64,000 nt of DNA from Thainema sp. (lineage in GTDB: Bacteria; Cyanobacteriota; Cyanobacteriia; Phormidesmidales; Phormidesmidaceae), in assembly GCA_052168235.1 (NCBI GenBank), contig JBQLZK010000030.1, forward strand, positions 1 through 64,000. Reading direction: 5' to 3'. The position numbers and the translations under genes were made by a program. This document shows, one piece after another, positions 27,976-37,290 of the stretch (its first letter is position 1; each line of letters starts with the position of its first letter). The notes below the pieces were generated by a model. The model saw only the letters and a program-made list of their open reading frames with translations, was not told the DNA's origin and searched no databases.

Positions 27976-28000
27976 GGTTTTCACCTGGAACGCTTGTTCT

Positions 28001-28031
28001 TGATACCCAGATGATACCCAAGTGATACCCA
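28001..28031 (+). promoter_or_regulatory. Putative integrase arm-type sites (3x TGATACCCA, 11-bp period)
   Basis: TGATACCCA at 28001, 28012 and 28023, between the integrase start and att. Confidence 0.7.
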
Positions 28032-28110
28032 AAACGGTCTAATCTACCCCAATCTTTACCCCATTTTTAGAACAATCGTATTGTCAACATGTAATATCCC
28101 TTAATCAAGG

Positions 28111-28143
28111 AAACCCCAGAAGCCTCGTGGTTTCTGGGGTTTT
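28111..28143 (-). terminator. Hairpin immediately downstream of the tRNA
   Basis: AAACCCCAGAAGCC-tcgt-GGTTTCTGGGGTTT. Confidence 0.6.
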
Positions 28144-28151
28144 GACTTGTA

Positions 28152-28223
28152 AGCCGATGGCGGGATTTGAACCCGCGACCGCTCGATTACGAATCGAGTG
28201 CTCTACCACTGAGCCACATCGGC
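28152..28223 (-). tRNA. trnT: tRNA-Thr(CGT)
   Basis: GCCGATG...CATCGGC acceptor stem, CTCGA-TTCGTAA-TCGAG anticodon arm, GGTTCAAATCC T-arm; CCA not encoded. Confidence 0.96.
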
Positions 28224-28425
28224 AAGATGACAACGATATAGCAGTTTAATGCAATACCGGAAGTATAGTATAGCAGGCTGAACCTGTGTTTAAGCAAGGG
28301 CGCGATCGCAATTTGGGGATACTTTCATCCTGAACCTGCGGCGCAAACCGCTATGTGATAAAGCTGTGCAGCGATTTGGGCTTTGACTCAAGCCTTTTGC
28401 AGGCAATTTCTTGTTTCTGATCTGG

Positions 28426-28465
28426 AGGTAGATTTTGCCACGCATTGCAACGGCAAAATCTACCT
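28426..28465. repeat. Palindromic repeat (related copy at 53846-53884)
   Basis: AGGTAGATTTTGCC...GGCAAAATCTACCT. Confidence 0.55.
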
Positions 28466-28541
28466 TTGAGTTTTTAGAAAAAAGGGTGCGGAATAGAAAG
28501 TCCTTACAATGATGGTGAAAACCAACAGTAAGAGGTCATCA

Positions 28542-28835
28542 ATGGTCAAGCAAACTCCCAAACCCTATCATCAGCGCCCTGAAGCTGCTCGGAATATACC
28601 CCCCGATAAATATGCGCGCCTGCGAGCCGAAGCTCAAGCCCCTTACCGAGGATTGCGAAAATTTATCTACAGTGCGATCGCAGCATCGGGTGCGATTGGT
28701 GCCTTCGTATTTCTCACCCAGCTTCTGGCTGGACGTGATGTCGGTTCGGCTGCCCCAAACTTGATGATCCAGATTGGCGTGGTTGCGCTGATGGTTTGGC
28801 TATTCCGCATTGATCGGCAAAAGGATAAAGAATAA
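28542..28835 (+). CDS. DUF3493-like small membrane protein
   Basis: RLRAEAQAPYRGLRKFIY followed by two TM helices. Confidence 0.75.
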   Translation: MVKQTPKPYHQRPEAARNIPPDKYARLRAEAQAPYRGLRKFIYSAIAASGAIGAFVFLTQLLAGRDVGSAAPNLMIQIGVVALMVWLFRIDRQKDKE

Positions 28836-29235
28836 CCTTAAGTCCGTTTAGAGTTCAGCTAACGCTTGATATCGAAACCATAGCCTCAACCAGGCGCTGG
28901 GCGAATTTGGCACTTTTGACTTGTGCAATTCGTCTAGAGAACAAATGCTGTGGTATAAGTCCTGTTGATGCATTGCACTGACTGGGAATACTTAAAAAGT
29001 AGCGGATGGTTGCAAGCTGCGGATTTGACATTCCGTCAAAACACAAGTTAAATCTCCGATCAGCTGCCGCGATCGTAAAATTTTACATATTTCTGACGAT
29101 TAGCTCAGCGTTTTCGTCATTCATAGAATGTCTGAAACGTGATAAAGCTGATGTGTGGGAGCAATGGCACGTAAGAAACGAGATTAGGCCGCACCTCTAA
29201 CGATCAAATAGCTGAATTTCTATCAGGGATATCAG

Positions 29236-30798
29236 ATGGATACATCAGGTTTAGTTGAACAGGTTGCGCAAGTCCTGCAACAACATCCCGATCAGCTACG
29301 GATTAAGAAGCTGGCATTTGGCGTTTGTGAAAAACGCTGGGAAAACGATCCGGTCGTGCTGAATCGGCGAGATTTTATTAGCCTGATTAACCGTTTGTTA
29401 GCAGCCTATCGCTGTATTGATGATCTGCGCCAAGCTGTCCTCAAAGTAGTAGCCCGGTTGAATCGCCAGACCCGCTACTTACCCTTGGCTTATTTTTTGT
29501 TGGATCAGGTTGAGCCGCTATATGTTCGTGCCGCAACTGCAGATGATGAAGCGGGAATTACTCAGTTTGGTGAATTTTCAGCAGAAGAACCGACGCATTT
29601 AGATGCGGCTCCAGTGCCAGCGGGAGCGCCTGCAGCAGGCCGTATGGGCGTGGATAATGAGGAAACGGCTTTTGCGTCGTCAGCTCCTGCTGGATCGGGG
29701 TCTTCTGAGCAAACGGTAGGTTGGGGGGGGGCCGCGATCGCAACTCATCCTGCGTCCCCAGCGGAACTCACTGTAAATGTGCAGCCGAGTCCAGCCACTG
29801 CATCAGCTCCGAGGCAGGCTGCTTTCAATGGCATGACGGAAGCCAGCCTTTCTCCCTATGCGGCTATTGCTCGCAATCTTGAACGCCATGCCGAAGCCCA
29901 TCGCATTCACAAGCTGATCTACGGGGTATGTCACCAAACTTGGGAAAACGACATGCTGAGGCTCCAGTCCCATCCGCTCCTCGATCTGCTGGAGCTTCTG
30001 CACCATAAGGCTCCTTCCCTGGCTCACCTTGCCGTGATGCTGAACCAAAAAGCCGCAACTCTGAATCGCAAACTGGTCTACATGCAAATTGCTCATGTGA
30101 TTTGCGAACTCATGCGCCCCGTTTACAATGGCCAACCATCTGCTGCAGCGGTGTCACCTGGACAGGCTGCGATCGCAACGCCACCGTCTCCTGATTCCTC
30201 TCCGGCTACCGCTGCGATCTCAGCTGATATGACCTCTGATATGACTGCTCCGATATCGCCGATCACGGATTCTATCAGTCCGGCTGATAACGGCTGGGAT
30301 GCCATCGTTGAAGGCGTTACCCAGGCTGAATGGGAACCCGCCATGAATTCTCTCAATCAGCATCCTGAGATGACAATACCCGAAATTCACAGCGAGCTAT
30401 TGGCTGAGGGATTGCAGGAGCAGCCTCTATTGGGCTATGCCACGGGTGTTGATGACGAACAGACGCAGCCCTTCAGAGATCGGTCAGATTTATTTGAGCT
30501 ACGGCTGCAAATCATTCGCTATGCCAATCCTTTACGAGCCAAGCTGATTTTGTTTTCGAGCCTGCAGCATACGTTCGATTTTAGTAGCCAAGATTGGTTG
30601 CTGCTGAAGGATGTCACGCTAGAAGATTTGCTGCGGCAACTGTTTAGGACGTATCACAGCATGGACGAAGTGGATGTCAATCTGACGCGGGCGGCCTATG
30701 CCTTGCCAAATATCTATCAGCAAGATGCAACCGTTACCAGTTTGATGCGTGCGATCGCGCCCTATTATCCCGCTGACTCATCGGTTAATGTTGCATAG
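29236..30798 (+). CDS. Hypothetical protein with an internally repeated helical domain
   Basis: RIKKLAFGVCEKRWEND / RIHKLIYGVCHQTWEND repeats separated by low-complexity linkers. Confidence 0.75.
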   Translation: MDTSGLVEQVAQVLQQHPDQLRIKKLAFGVCEKRWENDPVVLNRRDFISLINRLLAAYRCIDDLRQAVLKVVARLNRQTRYLPLAYFLLDQVEPLYVRAATADDEAGITQFGEFSAEEPTHLDAAPVPAGAPAAGRMGVDNEETAFASSAPAGSGSSEQTVGWGGAAIATHPASPAELTVNVQPSPATASAPRQAAFNGMTEASLSPYAAIARNLERHAEAHRIHKLIYGVCHQTWENDMLRLQSHPLLDLLELLHHKAPSLAHLAVMLNQKAATLNRKLVYMQIAHVICELMRPVYNGQPSAAAVSPGQAAIATPPSPDSSPATAAISADMTSDMTAPISPITDSISPADNGWDAIVEGVTQAEWEPAMNSLNQHPEMTIPEIHSELLAEGLQEQPLLGYATGVDDEQTQPFRDRSDLFELRLQIIRYANPLRAKLILFSSLQHTFDFSSQDWLLLKDVTLEDLLRQLFRTYHSMDEVDVNLTRAAYALPNIYQQDATVTSLMRAIAPYYPADSSVNVA

Positions 30799-30855
30799 TC
30801 CCTTTCACAGAACACTGGCTCTCGATTTCGATTTACGTAGGACGGCTGCACCCGC

Positions 30856-31851
30856 ATGAACGCTGATGAACTGCTCGCTCACTATGCTGGTGGCTACACC
30901 AATTACCAACAGTGGAGTTTGGCCAAAATCGATTTGGCCCATGCCGATTTGATCGGGGCTGATTTTTCTAAAGCCGACCTGGGCTATGCTAACTTTTTGC
31001 TGGCGTTTCTCAATCGAGTCAACTTTTCTCAAGCTAATCTCAGTCATGCCTGCCTGAGTGGAGCTAACTTGAGTCAGGCCAATTTTATTCAGGCCAACCT
31101 GAGTGATGCAGATCTACATGGGGCTACCTTGGAAGGGGCAGATCTCCGCAGTGCTGACTTAACCCTGGCTGATTTACTCGATGCCAATCTGGTTAACGCC
31201 GATTTGCGCAATGCCGATTTGAATGGGGCCAATCTCACTGGAGCCTGCCTGCGAGGAGCCAATTTGCGGCAGGAAAACCGCAAGTATTCTGCTCAACTGC
31301 GAGGGGCGCGGCTGCATCAGTCTGATTTACGAGGAGCTAACCTCACCGGAGCCGATCTGGCCCGAGTTGATCTGAGTGAAGCGAACTTGGGTGAAGCCAC
31401 CCTCCGAGGCGTTGATTTACGGGGTGCTAATTTGCAGGGCGCAACGTTGAAAGGAGCCTTTCTGACGGAGGCCAATCTTGAAGGAGCCAATTTAAGGGGC
31501 GCAAATCTATACAATGTCAAGCTGGAGCGAGCGAACTTAGCCACGGCAGATTTGCGGCAGGCCAATTTGACCCTCGCCATCATGCCAGGTACATGTCTGC
31601 ATGAGGCCAATCTAGAGGAGGCAGTGCTGACGTCGGTGCGGCTCAGCAATGCTGATTTAAGCCGGGCAGTGCTGGTGCGAGCCAATCTCACGGGGGCTGC
31701 TTTGGTGGAAGCCTATCTAGCCAAAGCCAATTTGACCGAAGCCAATTTAACGGATGCCACACTGCTGCGAGCCGAGGCCAGTAGCGCCAATTTAAGCGGC
31801 GTGACGTTCCGCAATACCACCATGCCAGATGGTCAGATTTTTGATCATTAA
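30856..31851 (+). CDS. Pentapeptide repeat protein
   Basis: Continuous A(D/N)Lxx repeats; TMPDG C-terminus. Confidence 0.92.
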   Translation: MNADELLAHYAGGYTNYQQWSLAKIDLAHADLIGADFSKADLGYANFLLAFLNRVNFSQANLSHACLSGANLSQANFIQANLSDADLHGATLEGADLRSADLTLADLLDANLVNADLRNADLNGANLTGACLRGANLRQENRKYSAQLRGARLHQSDLRGANLTGADLARVDLSEANLGEATLRGVDLRGANLQGATLKGAFLTEANLEGANLRGANLYNVKLERANLATADLRQANLTLAIMPGTCLHEANLEEAVLTSVRLSNADLSRAVLVRANLTGAALVEAYLAKANLTEANLTDATLLRAEASSANLSGVTFRNTTMPDGQIFDH

Positions 31852-31896
31852 TTTCGGAACGGTCGAAATTATAGTGATTCCAGTTAAGAGTGAGAA

Positions 31897-31938
31897 AACG
31901 AGAGAGAGTGCCTCATCCTGAGGCACTCTCTCTCGTTC
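31897..31938. terminator. Long hairpin between convergent genes
   Basis: AACGAGAGAGAGTGCCTCA-tcc-TGAGGCACTCTCTCTCGTT. Confidence 0.6.
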
Positions 31939-31988
31939 TTACCTAGAACCGCTATAGCTGTTGAAATCAACTGTCGAATTTATTAGAT

Positions 31989-33038
31989 CTAACGGATTTT
32001 GGGTGAACTGAGCGCGACTAACATCAGCAACCACCAGGGAATCTGGAAATCGGGAATCCAGCCTGCGTTTTTGCGTAAAGCGGGCAGGGCAAATGGCAGA
32101 ATGAACCGCAGCGATCGCAACGAGACGGGTCGCTTGCCGTCCTGATCGACTACACCGTAGCGCCGCGCTACTTCCGCCACAATTTGTAGATGTCCGGTGT
32201 AGCGCATTCGATCAGGATCAGCGGCGAGAGCTGCGATCGCACGTCCAGCCAGTAGCGGAGTTTCCCAGTTGAAGCGGTCTTTGAGCAAGGCGCTACGGGT
32301 GTTGAGAGCTGGATTTAGAACTGCTTCATCGGTTGTTTCACTCGTTTGCTCAGACGGCTCAGACGGCTCAGTCGCTGCATTGAGTTCGTCTACAAATTGC
32401 GAGATATGCTCTGTACCGACGATGCCGGGCCACAGGGACAGCGACGTGACATTGTAGGGTTTGAGTTCAAGTGCCATGTCTGCCGCCATGCGATCGCAGG
32501 CTGACTTTCCGGCACCGTAGGCGACGCCAAAGATGTAAGACAGGCCGCCCCAGGAGGACAGCGTACAGATCAAGCCTTGTTTGCGAGCCGTCATCAACCG
32601 CGCCGCGTACACGCTAGCGATGTAGTGACTGCGTAAACCCACATTGTTACAAGCATCCCAAAGGCTCGGCTCACTTTTCCAGAAGGGTTGACCGTTGGCA
32701 TTGCGCAGGGCACGAACTCCGGCGTAGACGTTGTTGACCAGGATATCGAGCTGGCCGTTTTGCTCAGTTTCAATCTGCTCAAATAGCGATCGCACTTGCT
32801 CATCATCGGCATGATCGACCTGCACGGGAATGCAAACGCCGCCGACCTTTTCAATCGCGGCCTGCGTTTCCAGCAAACTGCCGGAAACGCCTTCATCACT
32901 ATCGTCTGGCTGTAGACTGCGTCCGGTAATATAAACTGCTGCGCCTGCTTCAGCTAAACCGACGGCAATCCCTTTGCCCAGTCCTCGCGTGGCCCCCGTC
33001 ACCAGGGCCACTTTATTGATGAGTGGCTTTGAACCCAT
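31989..33038 (-). CDS. SDR oxidoreductase (DHRS1-like)
   Basis: VTGATRGLG, LDILVNN, YGAGK; likely start ATG 33038. Confidence 0.88.
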   Translation of the reverse strand: MGSKPLINKVALVTGATRGLGKGIAVGLAEAGAAVYITGRSLQPDDSDEGVSGSLLETQAAIEKVGGVCIPVQVDHADDEQVRSLFEQIETEQNGQLDILVNNVYAGVRALRNANGQPFWKSEPSLWDACNNVGLRSHYIASVYAARLMTARKQGLICTLSSWGGLSYIFGVAYGAGKSACDRMAADMALELKPYNVTSLSLWPGIVGTEHISQFVDELNAATEPSEPSEQTSETTDEAVLNPALNTRSALLKDRFNWETPLLAGRAIAALAADPDRMRYTGHLQIVAEVARRYGVVDQDGKRPVSLRSLRFILPFALPALRKNAGWIPDFQIPWWLLMLVALSSPKIR

Positions 33039-33118
33039 TTCGATCCCGTATTCAACTTCTTTATTGTGGGCTATGTTGCGGTATAGCGTTAAGAAGATTG
33101 CCTTTCTTTGATGTCTCT

Positions 33119-33958
33119 TTAGCGAGTCTGCCAAAACGTACGGTGGAAGAAGCGGTTGAGAAGGCGGTGGCGGATTGCAGCAGGAAGAAGGCTTTGCAGC
33201 CAATGGGTTGCGATCGCATCCTGCCCAATCCTAATCCGTAGGCCGGAACGTTGTCCCTCGGCCAGGTCAGCGGTTACAGCCGCAACGCGAGCGGTATTGT
33301 CGGTGGCCGTAGCGCTGAGCTTTTCTTTGAAGCGATGAAAATTCTGGGTTTGGCGGCTGTAGGCATCTACGGCGGATTCAGCCCAGACTGCATTTTTGCC
33401 AAAGTTGGTGCGACTAGCACCGGGCTCCAGGATAGCGATGCGGACGCTATGGGGTTGCAGTTCGTAATAGAGGCTTTCGGCTAAGCCTTCAATGGCAAAT
33501 TTGCTGGCGCAGTAGGCTGAGGTGAGGGGAAAGCCTAGAACGCCAAATGTAGATGAGAGAAAGATGACAGAGCCTCGGCTGTCTCGCAGATAGGGCAATA
33601 GCGATCGCGTTAGAGTCGCTGTGCCAAAGAAATTGGTTTCAAACTGTTGGCGCAGTTGGTCGTCACTCAGATCTTCAAATGCGCCCAGGTAGCAATTTCC
33701 AGCGTTGTTGACCAGGCAATCTAGGCGACCGTGAGTTCGCACAAACTCCCCAACTGCCTGACATTCGGCAGCATCGGTGACATCCAAGCTCAGCACCACA
33801 AGCTGCTGGTCGTACTGATTGAGCAGATCGGCAAAAATATGCGATCGCGCTTCTGCCTCTCGCATGGTGGCAATTACAGACCAGCCACGCCGCAGAAACT
33901 CGTCCACCATGCCGCGCCCAAAACCGGATGAGCAACCCGTGATCAGCACTGTTTTCAT
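33119..33958 (-). CDS. SDR oxidoreductase
   Basis: ITGCSSGFG, LVNNAG, YCASK. Confidence 0.92.
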   Translation of the reverse strand: MKTVLITGCSSGFGRGMVDEFLRRGWSVIATMREAEARSHIFADLLNQYDQQLVVLSLDVTDAAECQAVGEFVRTHGRLDCLVNNAGNCYLGAFEDLSDDQLRQQFETNFFGTATLTRSLLPYLRDSRGSVIFLSSTFGVLGFPLTSAYCASKFAIEGLAESLYYELQPHSVRIAILEPGASRTNFGKNAVWAESAVDAYSRQTQNFHRFKEKLSATATDNTARVAAVTADLAEGQRSGLRIRIGQDAIATHWLQSLLPAAIRHRLLNRFFHRTFWQTR

Positions 33959-35148
33959 GGCTTCGGTTCCGTTGCATTTAGATGGCTGGGTGTGAGATGA
34001 GGTTCATGGGGCCGTAGATTATGAGTCGAGTTTAAAACCGGCGATGGATTGATGGTAGATGGGTGGACGGGTAGATGATTACACCCTAGCCCCCCTGCTC
34101 CCTTTCTCTCCCCTGCCTCCTTCGCTCCTGCTGCTCCCACATTAACCGCTCGCCAATCACCCCACGTCAGCGCCACCTGCTCCTCCACATGCTGAACGAA
34201 CTGAATAATCGACCTGTCTGCCTCGGTTGGGGTTTGAAAATTGAATTTAATCGTTTGAAAAATCTGGGTGTCGCCCTTGGCAAAATAGTTGCCCACCTGC
34301 GCCGTTAGCCAGAGAAGGAGTCGGTTAAACAGCCAGCCGCTCAGACCCCGTCGCTTCTTCGTCAGCAGTACCGTCTGCCCCTCGGTACGGCCATCGGCCA
34401 GCATCCGCAGCGTAAACATAATGTAGAAATGCAGAAAATCTGGGCCGACCGTCACCGTGCCCGTGCTGCCAAACCAGTAGCACATGCTGTAGGTCACTGC
34501 GTTCTTGTAAAACGGGCGAATCAGCTTCACAAACCAGGAGTCCTCACCGCCGCGCGTCGTATTGTGAAATGCGATCGCATTTTCACTTTTTACCTCTTTG
34601 GTAAACACCACATCTAGCGGCAGATTATGCACCGTGTTGAAGTGATGGGCATCAATGGCGTTGATCATCACCACGTTGGGATGGCAGTTTTTCTCAAATC
34701 GTCGCCCAAACGCCGCATCACACTCCACCTCTTCCAGCTCCGGCGGAAAGGGCACAGGTGCCTTCGCCTCATCCCCCGTCCATACCCAGATCAGGCCATA
34801 CTGCTCCGCTGTCGGGAAGGAACGCACACAGGCCGCAGCGGGTTTCCGCAATGCTGGACTATCAACACACTGCCCCGTCGTGTCAAATTTCCAGTTATGA
34901 AAAAAGCAGCGCAAGCCTTCCCCCTCCACTTTCCCCTCCGCCAGATGCGCCCCCATATGAGGACAGTAGGCATCTAGAGCAGTGACGTGTCCGTTGCGAT
35001 CTCGATAAATCGCCAAATCGCGACCCTGCACCGTCACCGCTTTCACTTGGTTGGCTTTGAGTCGATGCGATCGCAGCGCCCAATACCAGCCTTCAATAAA
35101 GCGGTCGGGGTGGTTAAAGATATGGGGATGGAGGAGGGACAGGGACAT
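33955..35148 (-). CDS. Rieske non-heme iron oxygenase alpha subunit
   Basis: CPHMG...CFFHNW Rieske motif; NAIDAHHFNTVH mononuclear-iron motif. Confidence 0.9.
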   Translation of the reverse strand: MSLSLLHPHIFNHPDRFIEGWYWALRSHRLKANQVKAVTVQGRDLAIYRDRNGHVTALDAYCPHMGAHLAEGKVEGEGLRCFFHNWKFDTTGQCVDSPALRKPAAACVRSFPTAEQYGLIWVWTGDEAKAPVPFPPELEEVECDAAFGRRFEKNCHPNVVMINAIDAHHFNTVHNLPLDVVFTKEVKSENAIAFHNTTRGGEDSWFVKLIRPFYKNAVTYSMCYWFGSTGTVTVGPDFLHFYIMFTLRMLADGRTEGQTVLLTKKRRGLSGWLFNRLLLWLTAQVGNYFAKGDTQIFQTIKFNFQTPTEADRSIIQFVQHVEEQVALTWGDWRAVNVGAAGAKEAGERKGAGGLGCNHLPVHPSTINPSPVLNSTHNLRPHEPHLTPSHLNATEPKP

Positions 35149-35196
35149 AGGAGCTTAATATCAGAAAAGTTTTTAGTCGTGTGGGTTGAGCGACGC

Positions 35197-35928
35197 TCAA
35201 CCCACACGACTAAAAACTTTTTGATGTTTACTAAACCACATTCTTCTCCCTGCTCTGGTCAAATTATCCTCACAGATTTCCGTCAAGCACACCAGTTCGT
35301 CGCCGTTGATATGGCCGGGATTGTGCTGATTGAAAAATTGAATGTGAGGATCGCTGAGGCGTTCCGTTGGAATACCGGATAGTTCTCCTTTCAGCCGATG
35401 GGGATGGGGAAAGCGAACAACGCCGCTGAGCGGATTGTAATACTGACCAAACTGCTGATTGGCTAGATGCTGCATTAGAGCGGCTGTATAAGTAGGGGTC
35501 GGCTGATCGTAGCGGGGGTAGAACTCGTTCCAAAAGACGGGCAGAAAGCGATAGGTGCGATAGCCAGAGGAAATTAGCAGCCAGTAGAGCTTACCAAAAG
35601 GGTAGATGTCGCGCAGGGTATTCACCGACTCGATCCAGGCACGGGAGAGGGTAGAGCTATTCCAGGCACTGGGATCCATGATCGTATCGCCAGAGTATAC
35701 GACGCTGATTGGTTCTCCCTCAAACTCGGTTTGATACATCAGCAGCGTGGAAAACCCCTTGAGTTCTCCGGACTCCATATCGCTGAGCAGAATTACCCAG
35801 TTTTTCTGACACAAATCGGCGTTAAAAACGTCAATTCGCACACCAGCAAAGTGAGTGTTGAGCAGTTGGAACATAGAAGCGCGATCGCAACTGGCTAATT
35901 CTTCAACCCGAACGAGTCGATAATGCAT
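35197..35928 (-). CDS. Hypothetical protein, possibly GNAT-fold
   Basis: 243 aa; LKGFST, VVYSGDTI, YWLLISSGYRTYRFLP; co-oriented upstream of the Rieske gene. Confidence 0.65.
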   Translation of the reverse strand: MHYRLVRVEELASCDRASMFQLLNTHFAGVRIDVFNADLCQKNWVILLSDMESGELKGFSTLLMYQTEFEGEPISVVYSGDTIMDPSAWNSSTLSRAWIESVNTLRDIYPFGKLYWLLISSGYRTYRFLPVFWNEFYPRYDQPTPTYTAALMQHLANQQFGQYYNPLSGVVRFPHPHRLKGELSGIPTERLSDPHIQFFNQHNPGHINGDELVCLTEICEDNLTRAGRRMWFSKHQKVFSRVG

Positions 35929-36187
35929 AGTTTAAAAACATAAGACGGAAGTTATTCAAACTCTAGCGAAATCATTCTTTGCTTGATGGCATTCGTATCC
36001 AAATCGTCATCTGTCACAGGTGTCACAAGTGCCACAGGTGTGACGGTACGCGACCTGAAGATGGCATCGCTCAAGGCAACAACTGATTTTCAAGTAGAAA
36101 GCCCCGTTATTGTGAGGCAATAACGAGGCTTTCTGCATAGCTCCAAAATTTGGGTCAACCGCGCCAACGCACGTGATGCTGATTTGT

Positions 36188-36619
36188 TTAGCGGCGTACT
36201 CGTCCAGCAAAACCAGAGGCTTTGAACTGCTCTAGCTTCAGCGGAGTTGGCTGATTGGCCGCGACCGAAATACGGATTTGAAAATCGCGGGTGCCGGGTT
36301 CGATATCGCCAATCGAGCCGAGGCGCGTCCGGTTCTGCATCACCGGATTCATGTTGGCATCGTAAACCCGACCAAACACATCGACGTTGTAGACGGACTT
36401 GCCAGAATCATTGTGTGCTTTGCCTTCAATCAAAAAGCAGTTGGCATCGCTGATGCTGCCAGCAGTGACCATGCCTTCTGCAAGTTCCGGGGGACATTCT
36501 CGGTAGGATAAATCCGTTAAGTTAATTGGGGTCAATGCCTGGGCCACTGGCGAAACCACACAGCTCACCACCCAAAAGCAAACTGACAAAGCCGCGATCG
36601 CAAAAACTCGAAAACGCAT
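36188..36619 (-). CDS. Secreted hypothetical protein
   Basis: Signal peptide ending AQA; VYNVDVFGRVYDAN; FKASGF. Confidence 0.7.
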   Translation of the reverse strand: MRFRVFAIAALSVCFWVVSCVVSPVAQALTPINLTDLSYRECPPELAEGMVTAGSISDANCFLIEGKAHNDSGKSVYNVDVFGRVYDANMNPVMQNRTRLGSIGDIEPGTRDFQIRISVAANQPTPLKLEQFKASGFAGRVRR

Positions 36620-36741
36620 ACCATCAACCGTAAAGAACTTGCAACTATATTATCTAAGTAAGTTGGCACAAATAAACGCATCTACAAAACCGAGGGAGCG
36701 CCCTGCTGAAGTGCTCCCTCGGTTTTGTAGATTATGCATTA

Positions 36742-36826
36742 GACTTTTTGGAAATTGTTGTGTAGCGCGGCGGAGCCGCGCTACACAACAATTTCCAAAC
36801 CCAAAAACTTTATTTCCAATAAAGTC
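36742..36826. repeat. MITE-like element with TA flanks and a central hairpin
   Basis: TA-GACTTTTTGGAAAT...ATTTCCAATAAAGTC-TA; internal long hairpin centred on GCGGAGC. Confidence 0.6.
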
Positions 36827-36924
36827 TATTATGTTGTGATTCGTTTCACACCGATGCAGAACGGCAACTCGCTATGCTGAAAGAGCATCAGGGTTGGTGG
36901 TTCAAACACCTCAGTCATGGCGTT

Positions 36925-37004
36925 GGCGTTGCTTAATCTGGGTCTGAATTGAGATGTGGGGGCGGTGCCCCCACATCTCAATTCAGACTTAAAATCAGCA
37001 ATCC
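36925..37004 (+). repeat. MITE-like repeat (inverted copy at 56311-56390)
   Basis: GGCG(T/C)TGCTTAATCTGGG...AATTCAGACTTAAAATCAGCAAT is shared by both copies. Confidence 0.7.
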
Positions 37005-37290
37005 CTTTGGGGCAGTCTGCTTCCAGTCGGCTAAATGGGTAAGTTATTTTAGATAGGTAGTATTGACTCTCGATACCAGGGTGATATTTACCGTCTATTT
37101 GCCATCTACGTGAGGATAACGCTGGAGATCTGGCCTGTTCGGCTTTAAATCTGCGAACTTATCCCACCATCTATCCGTCACATTTGGAGTGACCTGATTC
37201 AATATGAGCCACAGATGACGGGCTAACCGGAGCAGGTGGTTCTGGCTGAGTAGAGAGAAATGGGTATTTTAAGTTAAGGCATCGGTTGAA

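Larger units (their letters stand above)
130..28201. mobile_element. ~28 kb tRNA-Thr-integrated element (integrase/excisionase/primase backbone, defence-like cargo)
   Basis: Identical 51-bp direct repeats at 130-180 and 28151-28201; tyrosine integrase next to the intact tRNA; primase-helicase; R-M and TA cargo. Confidence 0.93.

Noticed and set aside
27976..28032. Integrase N-terminal extension MGITWVSSGY...
   Set aside because: It is translated arm-site repeats; ATG 27975 is preferred.
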